DNA of 64,000 nucleotides from an uncultured Gammaproteobacteria bacterium (GTDB taxonomy: Bacteria; Pseudomonadota; Gammaproteobacteria; Pseudomonadales; UBA5518). Below are positions 49,174 to 58,749 of the stretch, piece by piece. The notes beneath the pieces are model-generated. The model had not been told where the DNA came from and did not search any database. It saw only the letters and a program-made list of their open reading frames with translations. The first letter of the stretch is position 1. Every line of letters starts with the position of its first letter. The stretch is from the NCBI GenBank assembly GCA_903928015.1, contig CAIYPF010000143.1:66980-130979 (forward strand), in the 5' to 3' direction. The position numbers were made by a program, and so were the translations under genes.

Positions 49174-51186
49174 TCAGGCAGAGGCGAACAACTGCTCCTT
49201 CAGAGCCGCAAGCCGGTCGCGGATGCGCGCAGCCTCCTCGAACTCCAGATTGCGCGCATGCTGGTACATCTGCTGCTCGAGGGCGGCGATCTCCTTGCCC
49301 ACCTGTGAGGGGCGCAGGTCTTCTGCCGGCGCATGACGCTGGGAGTCCGCACCCGACTTTCCGCGGGCGCGGTTTCGCCCCCCGCCCCCATGCGCGCCTT
49401 CCATGATGTCCATCACGCTCTTGACCACGCCCACCGGCACGATGCCATGGGCCTCGTTGTGCGCGAGTTGCTTGTCACGCCGACGGCTTGTCTCGTCGAT
49501 GGCCCGCCGCATCGAACCCGTCTCCTTGTCGGCATAGAGGATCGCTGTACCGTGCAGGTTGCGTGCGGCGCGGCCTATGGTCTGGATGAGCGAGCGCTCC
49601 GAGCGCAGGAAACCTTCCTTGTCGGCATCGAGGATGGCCACCAGCGAGACCTCGGGCATGTCGAGGCCTTCGCGCAGCAGGTTGATCCCCACAAGCACAT
49701 CGAACTCTCCGAGCCGGAGATCACGGATGATCTCGACTCGCTCCACCGTCTCTATGTCCGAGTGGAGATATCGCACCTTCACTGCGTGTTCGCTCAGGTA
49801 CTCGGTGAGGTCTTCGGCCATGCGCTTGGTCAGCGTGGTGACCAGCACCCGCTCCTTGCGAGAGACGCGCAGCCGGATCTCGGAGAGCAGATCGTCCACC
49901 TGCGACGACGCGGGACGCACAATGATCTGCGGATCGACAAGGCCGGTGGGCCTCACCACCTGCTCCACGACGCGGTCGGCATGTTCCTGCTCGTAGGCGC
50001 CTGGCGTGGCCGACACGAAAATCAGCTGCGGCACACGCTGTTCCCACTCCTCGAAGCGGAGCGGCCGGTTATCCAGTGCGCTCGGCAGCCGGAATCCGTA
50101 TTCCACCAACGTTTCCTTGCGCGAGCGGTCTCCCCGGTACATGCCGCCCAGCTGCGGAAGGGTCACGTGGGATTCGTCAACCACGACAATGGCATCCGGC
50201 GGGATGTAGTCGAACAGGGTGGGAGGAGCCTCGCCCGGGGCCCGTCCGGAGAGATGCCTCGAGTAGTTCTCGATGCCGTTGCAGTAGCCAAGCTCGCGCA
50301 TCATCTCGAGGTCGTAGCGCGTGCGCTGCTCGAGTCGCTGCGCCTCGACGAGCTTGTCGGCAGACCGCAACTGCGCAAGACGCTCCACGAGTTCCTCTGC
50401 TATCCGGTCTACCGCAGAGAGCAGGGTGTCACGAGGCGTGACGTAGTGGGTCTTGGGGTAGATCGTCACCCGAGGCAAGGGACGAAGCACCGCGCCCGTG
50501 AGCGGATCGAAGACCGAGATTTGCTCGATCGTGTCGTCAAAAAGTTCTATGCGCAGCGCTTCCTGATCCGAGTCTGCAGGAAAGACATCAATCACATCGC
50601 CGCGCACCCGGTAGGTGCCGCGATGGAAATCGATGTCGTTGCGCGTGTACTGCAGTTCCGCCAGACGCCTGAGCAGATGGCGCTGGTCGAGCGGGTCTCC
50701 GCGATCGAGATGCAGCACCATCTTGAGATAGGACGCGGGATCACCGAGACCGTAAATGGCCGAAACCGTCGCGACCACGATAACGTCCCGCCGCTCCAGA
50801 AGCGCCTTGGTGGCCGAGAGCCGCATCTGCTCTATGTGCTCGTTGACCGAGGCGTCCTTCTCGATGAAGGTATCCGACGATGGGACGTAGGCTTCGGGCT
50901 GGTAGTAGTCGTAGTACGAGACGAAATACTCCACCGCGTTATCGGGAAAGAACTCGCGGAACTCGCCGTAGAGCTGTGCGGCGAGCGTCTTGTTCGGCGC
51001 AAGCACGATGGCAGGACGCTGAACCGACTCGATGACGTGCGCCACGGAGAAGGTCTTCCCCGAACCCGTGACACCCAGCAACACCTGCCGCAACAGCCCT
51101 TCCTTGAGACCATCGACCAGCCCCGCAATGGCGGCAGGCTGGTCGCCTGCAGGCTGGAAGCTGGATTCGACCCGGAATCGATGCAT
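49174..51186 (-). CDS. uvrB: Excinuclease ABC subunit B
   Basis: The N-terminus reads [37 protein letters not shown], with helicase motifs downstream. The C-terminal UVR domain reads [32 protein letters not shown] chose ATG 51186 by N-terminal length comparison with E. coli UvrB; ATG 51210 is an alternative. Confidence 0.96.
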   Translation of the reverse strand: MHRFRVESSFQPAGDQPAAIAGLVDGLKEGLLRQVLLGVTGSGKTFSVAHVIESVQRPAIVLAPNKTLAAQLYGEFREFFPDNAVEYFVSYYDYYQPEAYVPSSDTFIEKDASVNEHIEQMRLSATKALLERRDVIVVATVSAIYGLGDPASYLKMVLHLDRGDPLDQRHLLRRLAELQYTRNDIDFHRGTYRVRGDVIDVFPADSDQEALRIELFDDTIEQISVFDPLTGAVLRPLPRVTIYPKTHYVTPRDTLLSAVDRIAEELVERLAQLRSADKLVEAQRLEQRTRYDLEMMRELGYCNGIENYSRHLSGRAPGEAPPTLFDYIPPDAIVVVDESHVTLPQLGGMYRGDRSRKETLVEYGFRLPSALDNRPLRFEEWEQRVPQLIFVSATPGAYEQEHADRVVEQVVRPTGLVDPQIIVRPASSQVDDLLSEIRLRVSRKERVLVTTLTKRMAEDLTEYLSEHAVKVRYLHSDIETVERVEIIRDLRLGEFDVLVGINLLREGLDMPEVSLVAILDADKEGFLRSERSLIQTIGRAARNLHGTAILYADKETGSMRRAIDETSRRRDKQLAHNEAHGIVPVGVVKSVMDIMEGAHGGGGRNRARGKSGADSQRHAPAEDLRPSQVGKEIAALEQQMYQHARNLEFEEAARIRDRLAALKEQLFASA

Positions 51187-51279
51187 GGATGGTCCTGTAT
51201 GCCCCGACATGGCGGGGCTCGGCGTGGACAAGGTCTGGCTTGCTATTCTACGGCCCTGCCAGAGTCCCGGAGCAGCTTC

Positions 51280-51690
51280 ATGCGTTACGAGATCAGCATC
51301 CGTCCACGGGTGAGCGAGACCGACATGCTTGGCCACATCAACAACGTGGCCGTCATGGGATGGTTCGAAGAAGGCCGCTCCTACATGGTGCGCGAGGCGC
51401 TGGGCAAGCAACGCCGGCTACCGCCCTTTGTGCTGGCTCGCATGGAGACGGACTTCAAGGACCAGCTTTTTTTCGGCGAGGAAGCCCGGGTCCACACCGG
51501 CGTGGAACGCCTCGGGAACTCCTCGGTAATCGTGCGCCAGAGCATCGAGCAACGCGGAAGGATCTGCGCAGAAGCCCGCTGTGTGCTGGTCCACTTCGAC
51601 CACGAAACCCAGCGCCCCTCGCCCCTGCCGGAGGAGTTCCGCGAGGCGCTGTCCCGGTTCCACGACACATGGAACGAAGCCGCCTCCTGA
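51280..51690 (+). CDS. Acyl-CoA thioesterase (4HBT / YbgC-like hotdog fold)
   Basis: The sequence [33 protein letters not shown] shows the catalytic Asp and the HxNN pattern of 4HBT-type thioesterases. It forms the tail of a long artefactual ORF that runs antisense to uvrB. Confidence 0.75.
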   Translation: MRYEISIRPRVSETDMLGHINNVAVMGWFEEGRSYMVREALGKQRRLPPFVLARMETDFKDQLFFGEEARVHTGVERLGNSSVIVRQSIEQRGRICAEARCVLVHFDHETQRPSPLPEEFREALSRFHDTWNEAAS

Positions 51691-51758
51691 CACCCGGGTG
51701 GATTTCCAGCGCTTTTAGGTTGACCGTCGGGAGGGGCGTCATTACTATCGCGCACCAT

Positions 51759-51834
51759 TCCGCCTTAGCTCAGTTGGTAGAGCAATTGACTGTTAATCAA
51801 TGGGTCGCTGGTTCGAGCCCAGCAGGCGGAGCCA
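51759..51834 (+). tRNA. tRNA-Asn (anticodon GTT)
   Basis: I folded it by hand. The acceptor stem is TCCGCCT/AGGCGGA followed by G-CCA, and the D-arm is GCTC-AGTTGGTA-GAGC. The anticodon loop is CTGTTAA, and the T-arm is CTGGT-TCGAGCC-CAGCA-like. Confidence 0.92.
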
Positions 51835-51855
51835 AATTCCGGAGTCATGTCCAAA

Positions 51856-51881
51856 GGGTTGCGAAAGCAGCCCTTTTTTTT
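51856..51881 (+). terminator. Intrinsic terminator after tRNA-Asn
   Basis: The structure is GGGTTGC-GAAA-GCAGCCC followed by 8 T. Confidence 0.65.
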
Positions 51882-52056
51882 GCCTGCCGGTAAGAGACCC
51901 AACCTGAACTCGGCATCAGGTTGATCGCTCCCCGGGACTAGCAGAGCGCAGCTACCCTGTCAGGGGATTTGGGTAATTGTCCGATTGGCGGCCACTAATG
52001 GGCCCCCGGCAAGACACCCTGTGAAGCGCCACTTGAGGAACCTGTTGCACCTTGCG

Positions 52057-52941
52057 ATGAAGACCGTCGTTGCACTGCTCATCATGATCGCTGCCGCCGC
52101 GGGCCATGCCGACCCTGCAACGTGCTGGGATGAACTCGTCTTCGAAGCGGGCAATGACTGGGCCACCGCGTCGAGCACGCTGCACTTCGGGCAGACGGAC
52201 GCGATGGCGACAAAGCTCGATCTCACGGGCGCGCCCTCAAAGGGACGACTGATGCCACAGGGCGCCTCGATAGGGGTGATCAGCGCCAGTGTCACGGCGA
52301 TGCGCAGCCACGGAGAACTGCAGACCTGGTTTGATCCGGTAAGTGGCGCTGCCCTCCAGAGCAGGCGCATCGGCTCCGGGCGTGACAGCCGGATGAAGAC
52401 ACACAGGTTTCTGCAGACGGGGGTCTGGCGAGAGAGGCGCACACCGGACGCCAGCACCCAGACCACCGCGCCCGAGACGTGGCCGCTTCGCTCTGCCGCG
52501 CAACTGAGCTATCCGCCCGACGTGAAGCGGGAGCCTGTGATCACGCCGCTCATGTTGCTGTCCCGGGCATCGGCGCTGGCGCTGCGCACCAAGCCCGGGA
52601 AGCTCGATTACGTAGTGCTGACCGATACTCAGTTATATCGCGTGGTGCTGGAGTCACGTCCCGACACCGTCATGCAGGCAAACGTGCAACTGGAGCCTGG
52701 CGCGAACGGGGCGGGGATACACGGCGAGCGCACCGTCCGCAGGGTCGATGTGCGACCACACCTGCTGGGTGAAGCACCCGAGGAGGAACCGTTCAGCCTC
52801 ATGGAACTCGAAGGCGAGACCGCATTGATGATCGACCGTGAGACGGGGCTTCCCCTGCAGATCCAGGGCCGGTGGATGCGCGTGGGCACTGTGACCGTAC
52901 CCCTTACGCGCGCAAGACTCCGCAGCGGATGCCGGCCGTGA
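52057..52941 (+). CDS. Secreted/periplasmic hypothetical protein (first gene of the envelope-lipid locus)
   Basis: It has a signal peptide (MKTVVALLIMIAAAAGHA). I recognise no motif with confidence. Its stop codon overlaps the start region of the next gene. Confidence 0.5.
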   Translation: MKTVVALLIMIAAAAGHADPATCWDELVFEAGNDWATASSTLHFGQTDAMATKLDLTGAPSKGRLMPQGASIGVISASVTAMRSHGELQTWFDPVSGAALQSRRIGSGRDSRMKTHRFLQTGVWRERRTPDASTQTTAPETWPLRSAAQLSYPPDVKREPVITPLMLLSRASALALRTKPGKLDYVVLTDTQLYRVVLESRPDTVMQANVQLEPGANGAGIHGERTVRRVDVRPHLLGEAPEEEPFSLMELEGETALMIDRETGLPLQIQGRWMRVGTVTVPLTRARLRSGCRP

Positions 52942-53897
52942 GCAAGAAGTTAGGCGTCATCAGCAATCCCCACAGCGGCCGCAACCGCCGGATGCTGGGA
53001 CATCTGCGCAACATTCTCGGAGCAGCCGGTGGCGTGCACCACGAAGTGACCGCGAGCGTGTCCGAGATTCCCGCTGCGTTGTCTCGTATGGCAGCGGCGG
53101 GAGTGGACGTAGTGGCAGTGAACGGTGGAGATGGAAGCGTCGCGCTGGTGCTGCAGGCCCTGCTTTCAGGGGATTCTCCCTTCGCGGCACAACCTCTGCT
53201 GTGCGCCCTTCCGGGCGGCACGACCAACGTGACGGTGGGCGACGTAGGTATCCGTGGCGCTCTGGACAAGGCTCTTCTCAAGCTGCTCGCCTGGCGCAAC
53301 GGCCGACTCGAGGCGCAGGTGATGGAGCGCGCGGTCATAGGGGTCAGGAATCGCGATGGCGAGGTTCTTGGGTGTGGGCTGGTATTCGGCGCAGGAGCCG
53401 TGGTGACCGGCATCGAATACTGGCAGGAATCGGTGCGCGCGCGTGGAATGCGCAGCGAGTACAGTTCAGGCGTTGCCATGACGCGCACCGTCTGGGGAAT
53501 GCTGCGAGGCCACGAGCGCTTCGCAGCCCCCATCCGCATGCGGCTGGATCTGCCCGGTGAAGCGCCGCTGGAGGCGGATTTCATGCTGCTTGCGGTAAGT
53601 ACGCTTGAGCGGCTTTTTCTGGGTATACACCCCTTCTGGGGCTCAGAGAGCGGCTCGCTACGGGTGACCGCCATCGAGCGCGGAGCGAGAGGATTTCTCG
53701 GAGCCCTGCCCTCCATACTGCAAGGGAAGTCTCCATCGCATGCGCGGAGGGACGGCTACCACAGCGCTCGCGTCGATGCATTCACCCTGGACTTCCACGG
53801 GAGCTACACGATGGACGGCGAACTCCACGCGACGCAGGCTGATGACGCACCGCTTCGCATCTTCACGGCGGGGCACGCCCGCTTCCTCCGGATCTGA
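52929..53897 (+). CDS. Diacylglycerol-kinase-catalytic-domain lipid kinase (YegS/LCB5/BmrU family)
   Basis: The N-terminus LGVISNPHSGRNRR..., the segment VVAVNGGDGSVALVLQAL (the GGDG motif) and LPGGTTNV are typical of the DAGK_cat fold. The start is ATG 52929, or GTG 52938 in a GTGA overlap with the upstream stop. Confidence 0.75.
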   Translation: MPAVSKKLGVISNPHSGRNRRMLGHLRNILGAAGGVHHEVTASVSEIPAALSRMAAAGVDVVAVNGGDGSVALVLQALLSGDSPFAAQPLLCALPGGTTNVTVGDVGIRGALDKALLKLLAWRNGRLEAQVMERAVIGVRNRDGEVLGCGLVFGAGAVVTGIEYWQESVRARGMRSEYSSGVAMTRTVWGMLRGHERFAAPIRMRLDLPGEAPLEADFMLLAVSTLERLFLGIHPFWGSESGSLRVTAIERGARGFLGALPSILQGKSPSHARRDGYHSARVDAFTLDFHGSYTMDGELHATQADDAPLRIFTAGHARFLRI

Positions 53898-53899
53898 CC

Positions 53900-54826
53900 A
53901 TGCATGACTTCGGCCCCCTGTTCCAGGGCGACGAAAAAGCGAACGCCGCGATTGAGGCACTGCTGGACGCACTGCGACGCCGGCATGGCGCTTCGCTGCG
54001 GAGCCTGATCTTCTACGGCTCCTGTCTGCGAAACGGCAACCTTGAAGACGGCCTGGTCGATCTCTACGCCATCGTCGACAACTATCGTCACGCCCACGGC
54101 AGTTCAATATCGGCTCTGACCAACCACCTGCTGGCGCCCAATGTGTATTACGTGGAGGCCGAATCCGGAGGACGGAAAATTCGCTGCAAGTACGCTGTTT
54201 TTTCCGAGCGGGAACTTGGGAAAGGCGTGTCTGCACGCCGCACCGAAAGCTATCTCTGGGGAAGGCTTTGCCAACCCGTAGCCATCGCCTGGGCCGCCGA
54301 CAACGCGGCACTTTCAACGGCTCGGGCTGCGCTAAGGCAGGCCAGCATCACGTTCCTGGACGAAGCGCTGCCACTGGCCGCGGACAAGGGCTATGTCCGG
54401 GAGATCTGGGCTACGGGGCTCGGTCTCAGTTACGCGACCGAGCTGCGCAGCGAGAGCCCCGACCGGGCCATCGGCATAGCGGATCAATCTGCCCTGCAAC
54501 TGATCGAGGCCACCGCCAGCGTGGCCCCTTCATGCCGCTGGCCACTGCATGTGGGCGGCGAGTTCTACACCTGCGTGATACCAGAAGATGAACGCCGGCG
54601 GGCAGCGCGCAAATGGGCGAGGCGCCGGGTGCAGGGTAAAGTCCTGTCGGTTTTGCGCCTGCTGAAAGCGCTTTTCACGTTTGACGGCGGACTCGACTAC
54701 ATCGCGTGGAAACTCGAGCGGCACACCGGAAGGCCCGTCGAGATCCCGCCTCACGTCCGCAGATTCCCCCTGCTCTTCGTGTGGGGCTTCATGTGGAAGC
54801 TCTATCGTCAGGGCTACTTCCGGTGA
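53900..54826 (+). CDS. Tam41/Mmp37-like nucleotidyltransferase (putative phosphatidate cytidylyltransferase type)
   Basis: The sequence LIFYGSCLRNGN..LVDLYAIVDNY...NVYYVEAESGGRKIRCKYAVFSEREL...SYLWGRLCQPVAI parallels the YGS.., D-x-D region, KYGV.S and Y.AGRLQKPV blocks I remember from Tam41. It starts 2 nt after the kinase gene's stop. Confidence 0.6.
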   Translation: MHDFGPLFQGDEKANAAIEALLDALRRRHGASLRSLIFYGSCLRNGNLEDGLVDLYAIVDNYRHAHGSSISALTNHLLAPNVYYVEAESGGRKIRCKYAVFSERELGKGVSARRTESYLWGRLCQPVAIAWAADNAALSTARAALRQASITFLDEALPLAADKGYVREIWATGLGLSYATELRSESPDRAIGIADQSALQLIEATASVAPSCRWPLHVGGEFYTCVIPEDERRRAARKWARRRVQGKVLSVLRLLKALFTFDGGLDYIAWKLERHTGRPVEIPPHVRRFPLLFVWGFMWKLYRQGYFR

Positions 54827-55869
54827 GCGCGCCCCGCATCTGGCTGGTACTGGGCGACAAGCCCGGAGACAACGCGCAGGTGGAAATCGTTGCCGATGCC
54901 ATCGGCCTGCCGGTGGAGCGCAGGCGCGTGATACCGAGGGCCGAATGGGTTCTGGGCAAACCACGTGTCGAGGCCTCGATCGCGCATCTGGATCCCGAGC
55001 GCTCGGATCGACTCGAAGCCCCATGGCCCGACCTCATCCTGACCATCGGCAGGCGACCGAGCATGGCAGCGCTGTGGATCAGGGAACAGTCGGGGGGACA
55101 CAGCAGAATCGTACTGTTCGGACCGCCAAAGCGTTGGCCCGAACGCTATTCGCTGATCGTGGCGCCCGCGCAATACCGGCTGAACAGCAACAGCAACCTG
55201 TTCCCCATACGATTCCCGCTCATGCGGAGCAACGCTGCAGACATCGAAGCCGCGCGCGCCACATGGAATGAGCGCCTCGCACAACTGCCGCGCCCTATCA
55301 CCGCGCTTCTGGTAGGAGGCCAGACAAAACCCTATCGGCTGGATGCGGACTTCGCCCGTGAACTGGCGGAACGCGCAGCAGCTCTCGCGCACCCGGGATC
55401 GCTCTATGTAAGCACGAGCAGGCGAACCCTTCCGGGCGCTGTGGCTGCGCTGGAGTCCGCATTGCCGGGCGGCACTCCGTTTTTCCGCTGGTCGGCGGAG
55501 GCCGCGGACAACCCCTATCTCGGCCTTCTGGCTCTGGCGGACCGATTCATCGTAACGGGCGACAGCATATCGATGATGGTCGAGGTTGCCCGTCTGGGAC
55601 GGCCGCTCGCCATTGCGGAACTGCCGTACCGCTCACGTCTTGCAGGCTGCATGCACGGCTGGGTGAATAGCGAAGAAGGATTGCCAGCAGCACTCCGCAA
55701 GGCGGGCTTTACGCGTGGCGCCCGCGATCTTTCCGCAATGCACAGGGTCCTGTACCACGAGGGGCTCGCCAGGCCACTGGACGCCGGCTTCCCTGCTGCG
55801 GGGGCCGGAGCCCTGGAGGACGAACTCCCGCGCGTCGCTGCTGCCGTACGGGCGCTGTTGCAACTCTGA
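54823..55869 (+). CDS. ELM1-family protein (Mito_fiss_Elm1 / COG3660; predicted GT-B-like nucleotide-sugar enzyme)
   Basis: The GTG start sits in a GTGA overlap with the upstream stop. The N-terminus IWLVLGDKPGDNAQVEIVADAIGLP matches the W.l.g.k.GdnnQ..LA..LG signature of bacterial ELM1 proteins. It is paralogous to 58750..59898. Confidence 0.65.
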   Translation: MSAPRIWLVLGDKPGDNAQVEIVADAIGLPVERRRVIPRAEWVLGKPRVEASIAHLDPERSDRLEAPWPDLILTIGRRPSMAALWIREQSGGHSRIVLFGPPKRWPERYSLIVAPAQYRLNSNSNLFPIRFPLMRSNAADIEAARATWNERLAQLPRPITALLVGGQTKPYRLDADFARELAERAAALAHPGSLYVSTSRRTLPGAVAALESALPGGTPFFRWSAEAADNPYLGLLALADRFIVTGDSISMMVEVARLGRPLAIAELPYRSRLAGCMHGWVNSEEGLPAALRKAGFTRGARDLSAMHRVLYHEGLARPLDAGFPAAGAGALEDELPRVAAAVRALLQL

Positions 55870-55961
55870 CAGTTCCTGCACGCTGGCAGCAGGCTCACCG
55901 GACTGCTACGGTTCCGGATGTCTACGCCCGCTGTCGGTGCGGGTGGACTCCGGAGTCCGCA

Positions 55962-56702
55962 ATGCTCAAGAAAATCCTCAAACGTACCCGCAACATCCTG
56001 CGCTACGGCCTGAGCGAAGAAGGTCGTGCCCGCAAGCGCGCCGACAAGGCCGCCGTACGCGACAAGCGCTTCGAGTCAGGCCTGTGGGAGCGTGACGGGG
56101 AACTCGCTCGGCGCAAGTACGCCTCCTACGAGGAGTACGTCGACCATCAGGCGGCCAAGTTGGACAACATCGTCCACCGCCTCGAGGAAACACGAAGTGA
56201 AGACTACGCGGACTTCGTCCGCCGCTTCGGGGGTTGCGCCCCGTTGCGCCGCGCTCGCAACGTGCTTTGCCTGGGTGCAAGGCTGGGCACGGAGGTCCAG
56301 GCCATGCACAGCCTCGGACTCTTCGCAGTGGGGATAGACCTCAACCCCGGCCCCGACAACCTCTACGTGGTCAAAGGCGATTTCCACGCCATCCAGTTTC
56401 CCGACGGCTCGGTCGATGCGGTCTACACGAACGTCTTCGATCACGTCTACGACATGGCGAAGATGATCGCGGAAATCGAACGCATACTGCCCACTGGAGG
56501 ATTGCTGGTGGCAGATGTGTTGAAGGGCTTCGAGGAGGGCTTCGTGCCCGGCGCCTATGAGGCCACGCACTGGAAGAACGTCGACGCGCTGCTCGCCGAG
56601 ATTCTTCGCCTCGGGCATTTCGACGTGATCGAACGCAGGGATCTGGGACAGGTTCGGCGCGACCACTGGATACAGTTGGTCCTGCAGAAGCAGGCGGCGT
56701 AG
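55962..56702 (+). CDS. Class I SAM-dependent methyltransferase
   Basis: Motif I is VLCLGARLGTEV and the post-I region is AVGIDLNP. Motif II/III reads FPDGSVDAVYTNVFDHV. GGAG lies 6 nt upstream of the ATG. Confidence 0.8.
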   Translation: MLKKILKRTRNILRYGLSEEGRARKRADKAAVRDKRFESGLWERDGELARRKYASYEEYVDHQAAKLDNIVHRLEETRSEDYADFVRRFGGCAPLRRARNVLCLGARLGTEVQAMHSLGLFAVGIDLNPGPDNLYVVKGDFHAIQFPDGSVDAVYTNVFDHVYDMAKMIAEIERILPTGGLLVADVLKGFEEGFVPGAYEATHWKNVDALLAEILRLGHFDVIERRDLGQVRRDHWIQLVLQKQAA

Positions 56703-56802
56703 ATATTCACTTTCCGGCCACAGGCAAAGTACCGCCAGCACGGGGTGGGGCCTCCACCGACCCGCTGGTAGACTCCCGCCCATTCAACTGACGGTTCATT
56801 CG

Positions 56803-57741
56803 ATGCAGACCGTTCTCAAGAAGATCACCCGCTTCGTGATCCTCGGCCTCTGCTTCTGGCTGCCCCGCGAGCGCAAGATCCGGCTCGAGCGATGGCTTCG
56901 CGGCAAGGAAGAGTTCCGTAAACTCGAACTCGCCGACTGCGTGATCGTCTCGTTCGGCAAGAGTGGCCGGACATGGCTGCGCGTCCTCCTCTCCCGCTTC
57001 TACCAGGTGCGCCACGGGCTTTCCGAGCGTCACCTGATCGGCTTCGACAACCTCAACAGCCGCAACGCGGCAATCCCCCGAATTTTCTTCACGCACGACA
57101 ATTATCTGAAGGACTACACCGGCCACATCGAGGACAAGCGGGACTACTACGGCAAGAAGGTCATCCTGCTTGCGCGCAACCCCCTCGACACCACGGTCTC
57201 CCAGTTCTTCCAGTGGAAATTCCGGATGCGTCCCGGCAAGAAATCCCTGAACGCCTATCCGGAACATGGCGCGGAGGTCGAACTCTTTCCGTTCATGACA
57301 GACCCTTCTGCCGGCCTGCCCAAGGTGATCGACTGGCTGAACCTTTGGGCTCAAGAGGCGCCGAAGTGCAAGGATTTCCTGTTGGTGCGCTACGAGGACA
57401 TGCGTGCCGACACCGCAGGCACCCTGTCAAAGATCGTGGAGTTCATTGGTACGCCCGGTACAGCGGAGCAGCTTCAGGCCGCAGTGGATTTCGCGTCGGT
57501 CGAGAACATGCGAAGCATGGAACTCAAGCGCACCTTCTGGCTCTCGGGCAGCAGGATGGTAGCCAAAGACAAGGACAACCCGAACTCCTTCAAGGTCCGC
57601 AAAGCCAAAGTCGGGGGCTATCGCGATTACTTCAATGACGCGGAAGTCGGCGAACTCGAACAGATCATGGCGCGGGATCTCGCGCCCTTCTACGCTTTTC
57701 CAATGGAAGACAACCGGCCTGCGGGTTCACACGCCGGATGA
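56803..57741 (+). CDS. PAPS-type sulfotransferase-domain protein with hydrophobic N-terminus
   Basis: The 5'-PSB-like loop is SFGKSGRTWLRVLLS and the 3'-PB-like region is LLVRYEDMRADTAGTLSKIVEFIG. The C-terminal motif is RKAKVGGYRDYF. The N-terminus carries a hydrophobic stretch, FVILGLCFWL. Confidence 0.8.
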   Translation: MQTVLKKITRFVILGLCFWLPRERKIRLERWLRGKEEFRKLELADCVIVSFGKSGRTWLRVLLSRFYQVRHGLSERHLIGFDNLNSRNAAIPRIFFTHDNYLKDYTGHIEDKRDYYGKKVILLARNPLDTTVSQFFQWKFRMRPGKKSLNAYPEHGAEVELFPFMTDPSAGLPKVIDWLNLWAQEAPKCKDFLLVRYEDMRADTAGTLSKIVEFIGTPGTAEQLQAAVDFASVENMRSMELKRTFWLSGSRMVAKDKDNPNSFKVRKAKVGGYRDYFNDAEVGELEQIMARDLAPFYAFPMEDNRPAGSHAG

Positions 57742-57791
57742 CACAAACCGCGCGCCCTCCCCGTGGCGCATCAGAACCGGAGGACTGCACC

Positions 57792-58739
57792 ATGCAGAAC
57801 TGTGTATTCATCCAGACCAACCACAAGCAATACACCGGAGCCCTCGTCGCGCAGCACGCGCTGAGGCGCTACTCCAGCCACAACGACAAGTTCGACATAC
57901 GCATCATCGACGCCCGGGACTACCCGTACTTCGATGCACGTGAGGGTCAGAGCTACCTTCGGGACGGCGTGAAGCGTGTCTGGCTTAACGATGACCTTCA
58001 ATCCTTCACGCTCACACGGTTCATGCCCCCGGAGTTGATGGGCTTCCAGGGCCGTGCGATCGTTATCGATCCTGATGTTTTTGCCTGTGCGGACATATGG
58101 GACCTGTTCTCACGCGACATGGAAGGAAAGGCGATCCTCTGTCGCCCGCGATCAGGCACCAAGGGCCTGATCGACAAGTGCCTCGCGACCAGCGTGATGC
58201 TCCTCGACTGCGCAAAACTCCGCGACTGGAAGGTCGAGGAACGCTTCCAGCGCATGTTCGATTTCAGCTTCGACTACATGGACTGGATCTGCCTCAAGAC
58301 CGAGGCCTCAGGCACGGTGGGGCTCTTCGAGAACGAGTGGAACGACTTCGACAAACTGAGTCCGGCCACGCGGATGCTCCACACGACGCGCCGCCGCACA
58401 CAGCCCTGGAAAACCGGACTGCCGGTGGATTACCGCATCGCCGAACGCTTCCGCCTATTCCCGCCCGCCGCATGGCTGATGCGCGCGCGGCGACATCTCT
58501 TCGGTGAATACGGGCTGATGGGAAGTTACAAGCAACACCCGGACATCAACCAGCAGCATCTGTTTTTCGGGCTTCTGAAGGAGTGCGTGGCCAACGGCAG
58601 CGTGACGGAAGCGTTCCTGCGGGAGGAAATGGCCAAGAACCACGTCCGGCACGACGCCTTCGAAATACTCGAGCAGACGCCGGACCTGCCTCCCGCACCG
58701 ATGCACCCCTTGTCGAGCACGGTATCCCGCGCTGCCTGA
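57792..58739 (+). CDS. Glycosyltransferase family 8-like protein (tentative)
   Basis: GGAGGA lies upstream of ATG 57792. The start is NCVFIQTNHKQYTGALVAQHALRRYS. The segment SFTLTRFMPPELMGFQGRAIVIDPDVFACADIWDLF shows a DxD-like IDPD in the position seen in RfaI/J-type GT8 enzymes. Confidence 0.5.
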   Translation: MQNCVFIQTNHKQYTGALVAQHALRRYSSHNDKFDIRIIDARDYPYFDAREGQSYLRDGVKRVWLNDDLQSFTLTRFMPPELMGFQGRAIVIDPDVFACADIWDLFSRDMEGKAILCRPRSGTKGLIDKCLATSVMLLDCAKLRDWKVEERFQRMFDFSFDYMDWICLKTEASGTVGLFENEWNDFDKLSPATRMLHTTRRRTQPWKTGLPVDYRIAERFRLFPPAAWLMRARRHLFGEYGLMGSYKQHPDINQQHLFFGLLKECVANGSVTEAFLREEMAKNHVRHDAFEILEQTPDLPPAPMHPLSSTVSRAA

Positions 58740-58749
58740 GTAGAGCGTC

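Noticed and set aside
51195-51210. A LexA/SOS-box-like sequence CTGT-N8-ACAT just upstream of uvrB.
   Set aside because: It has one mismatch in a half-site. It sits between two candidate start codons and overlaps the probable RBS rather than a promoter. LexA motifs also differ between proteobacterial orders. A genome-wide motif scan would be needed.
51759-52056. A genomic island integrated at tRNA-Asn, which would explain the envelope-lipid locus.
   Set aside because: I found no integrase, no direct repeat of the tRNA 3' end and no obvious compositional shift. The locus ends in core genes (lptFG). Treating it as horizontally acquired is unsupported without comparative genomics.
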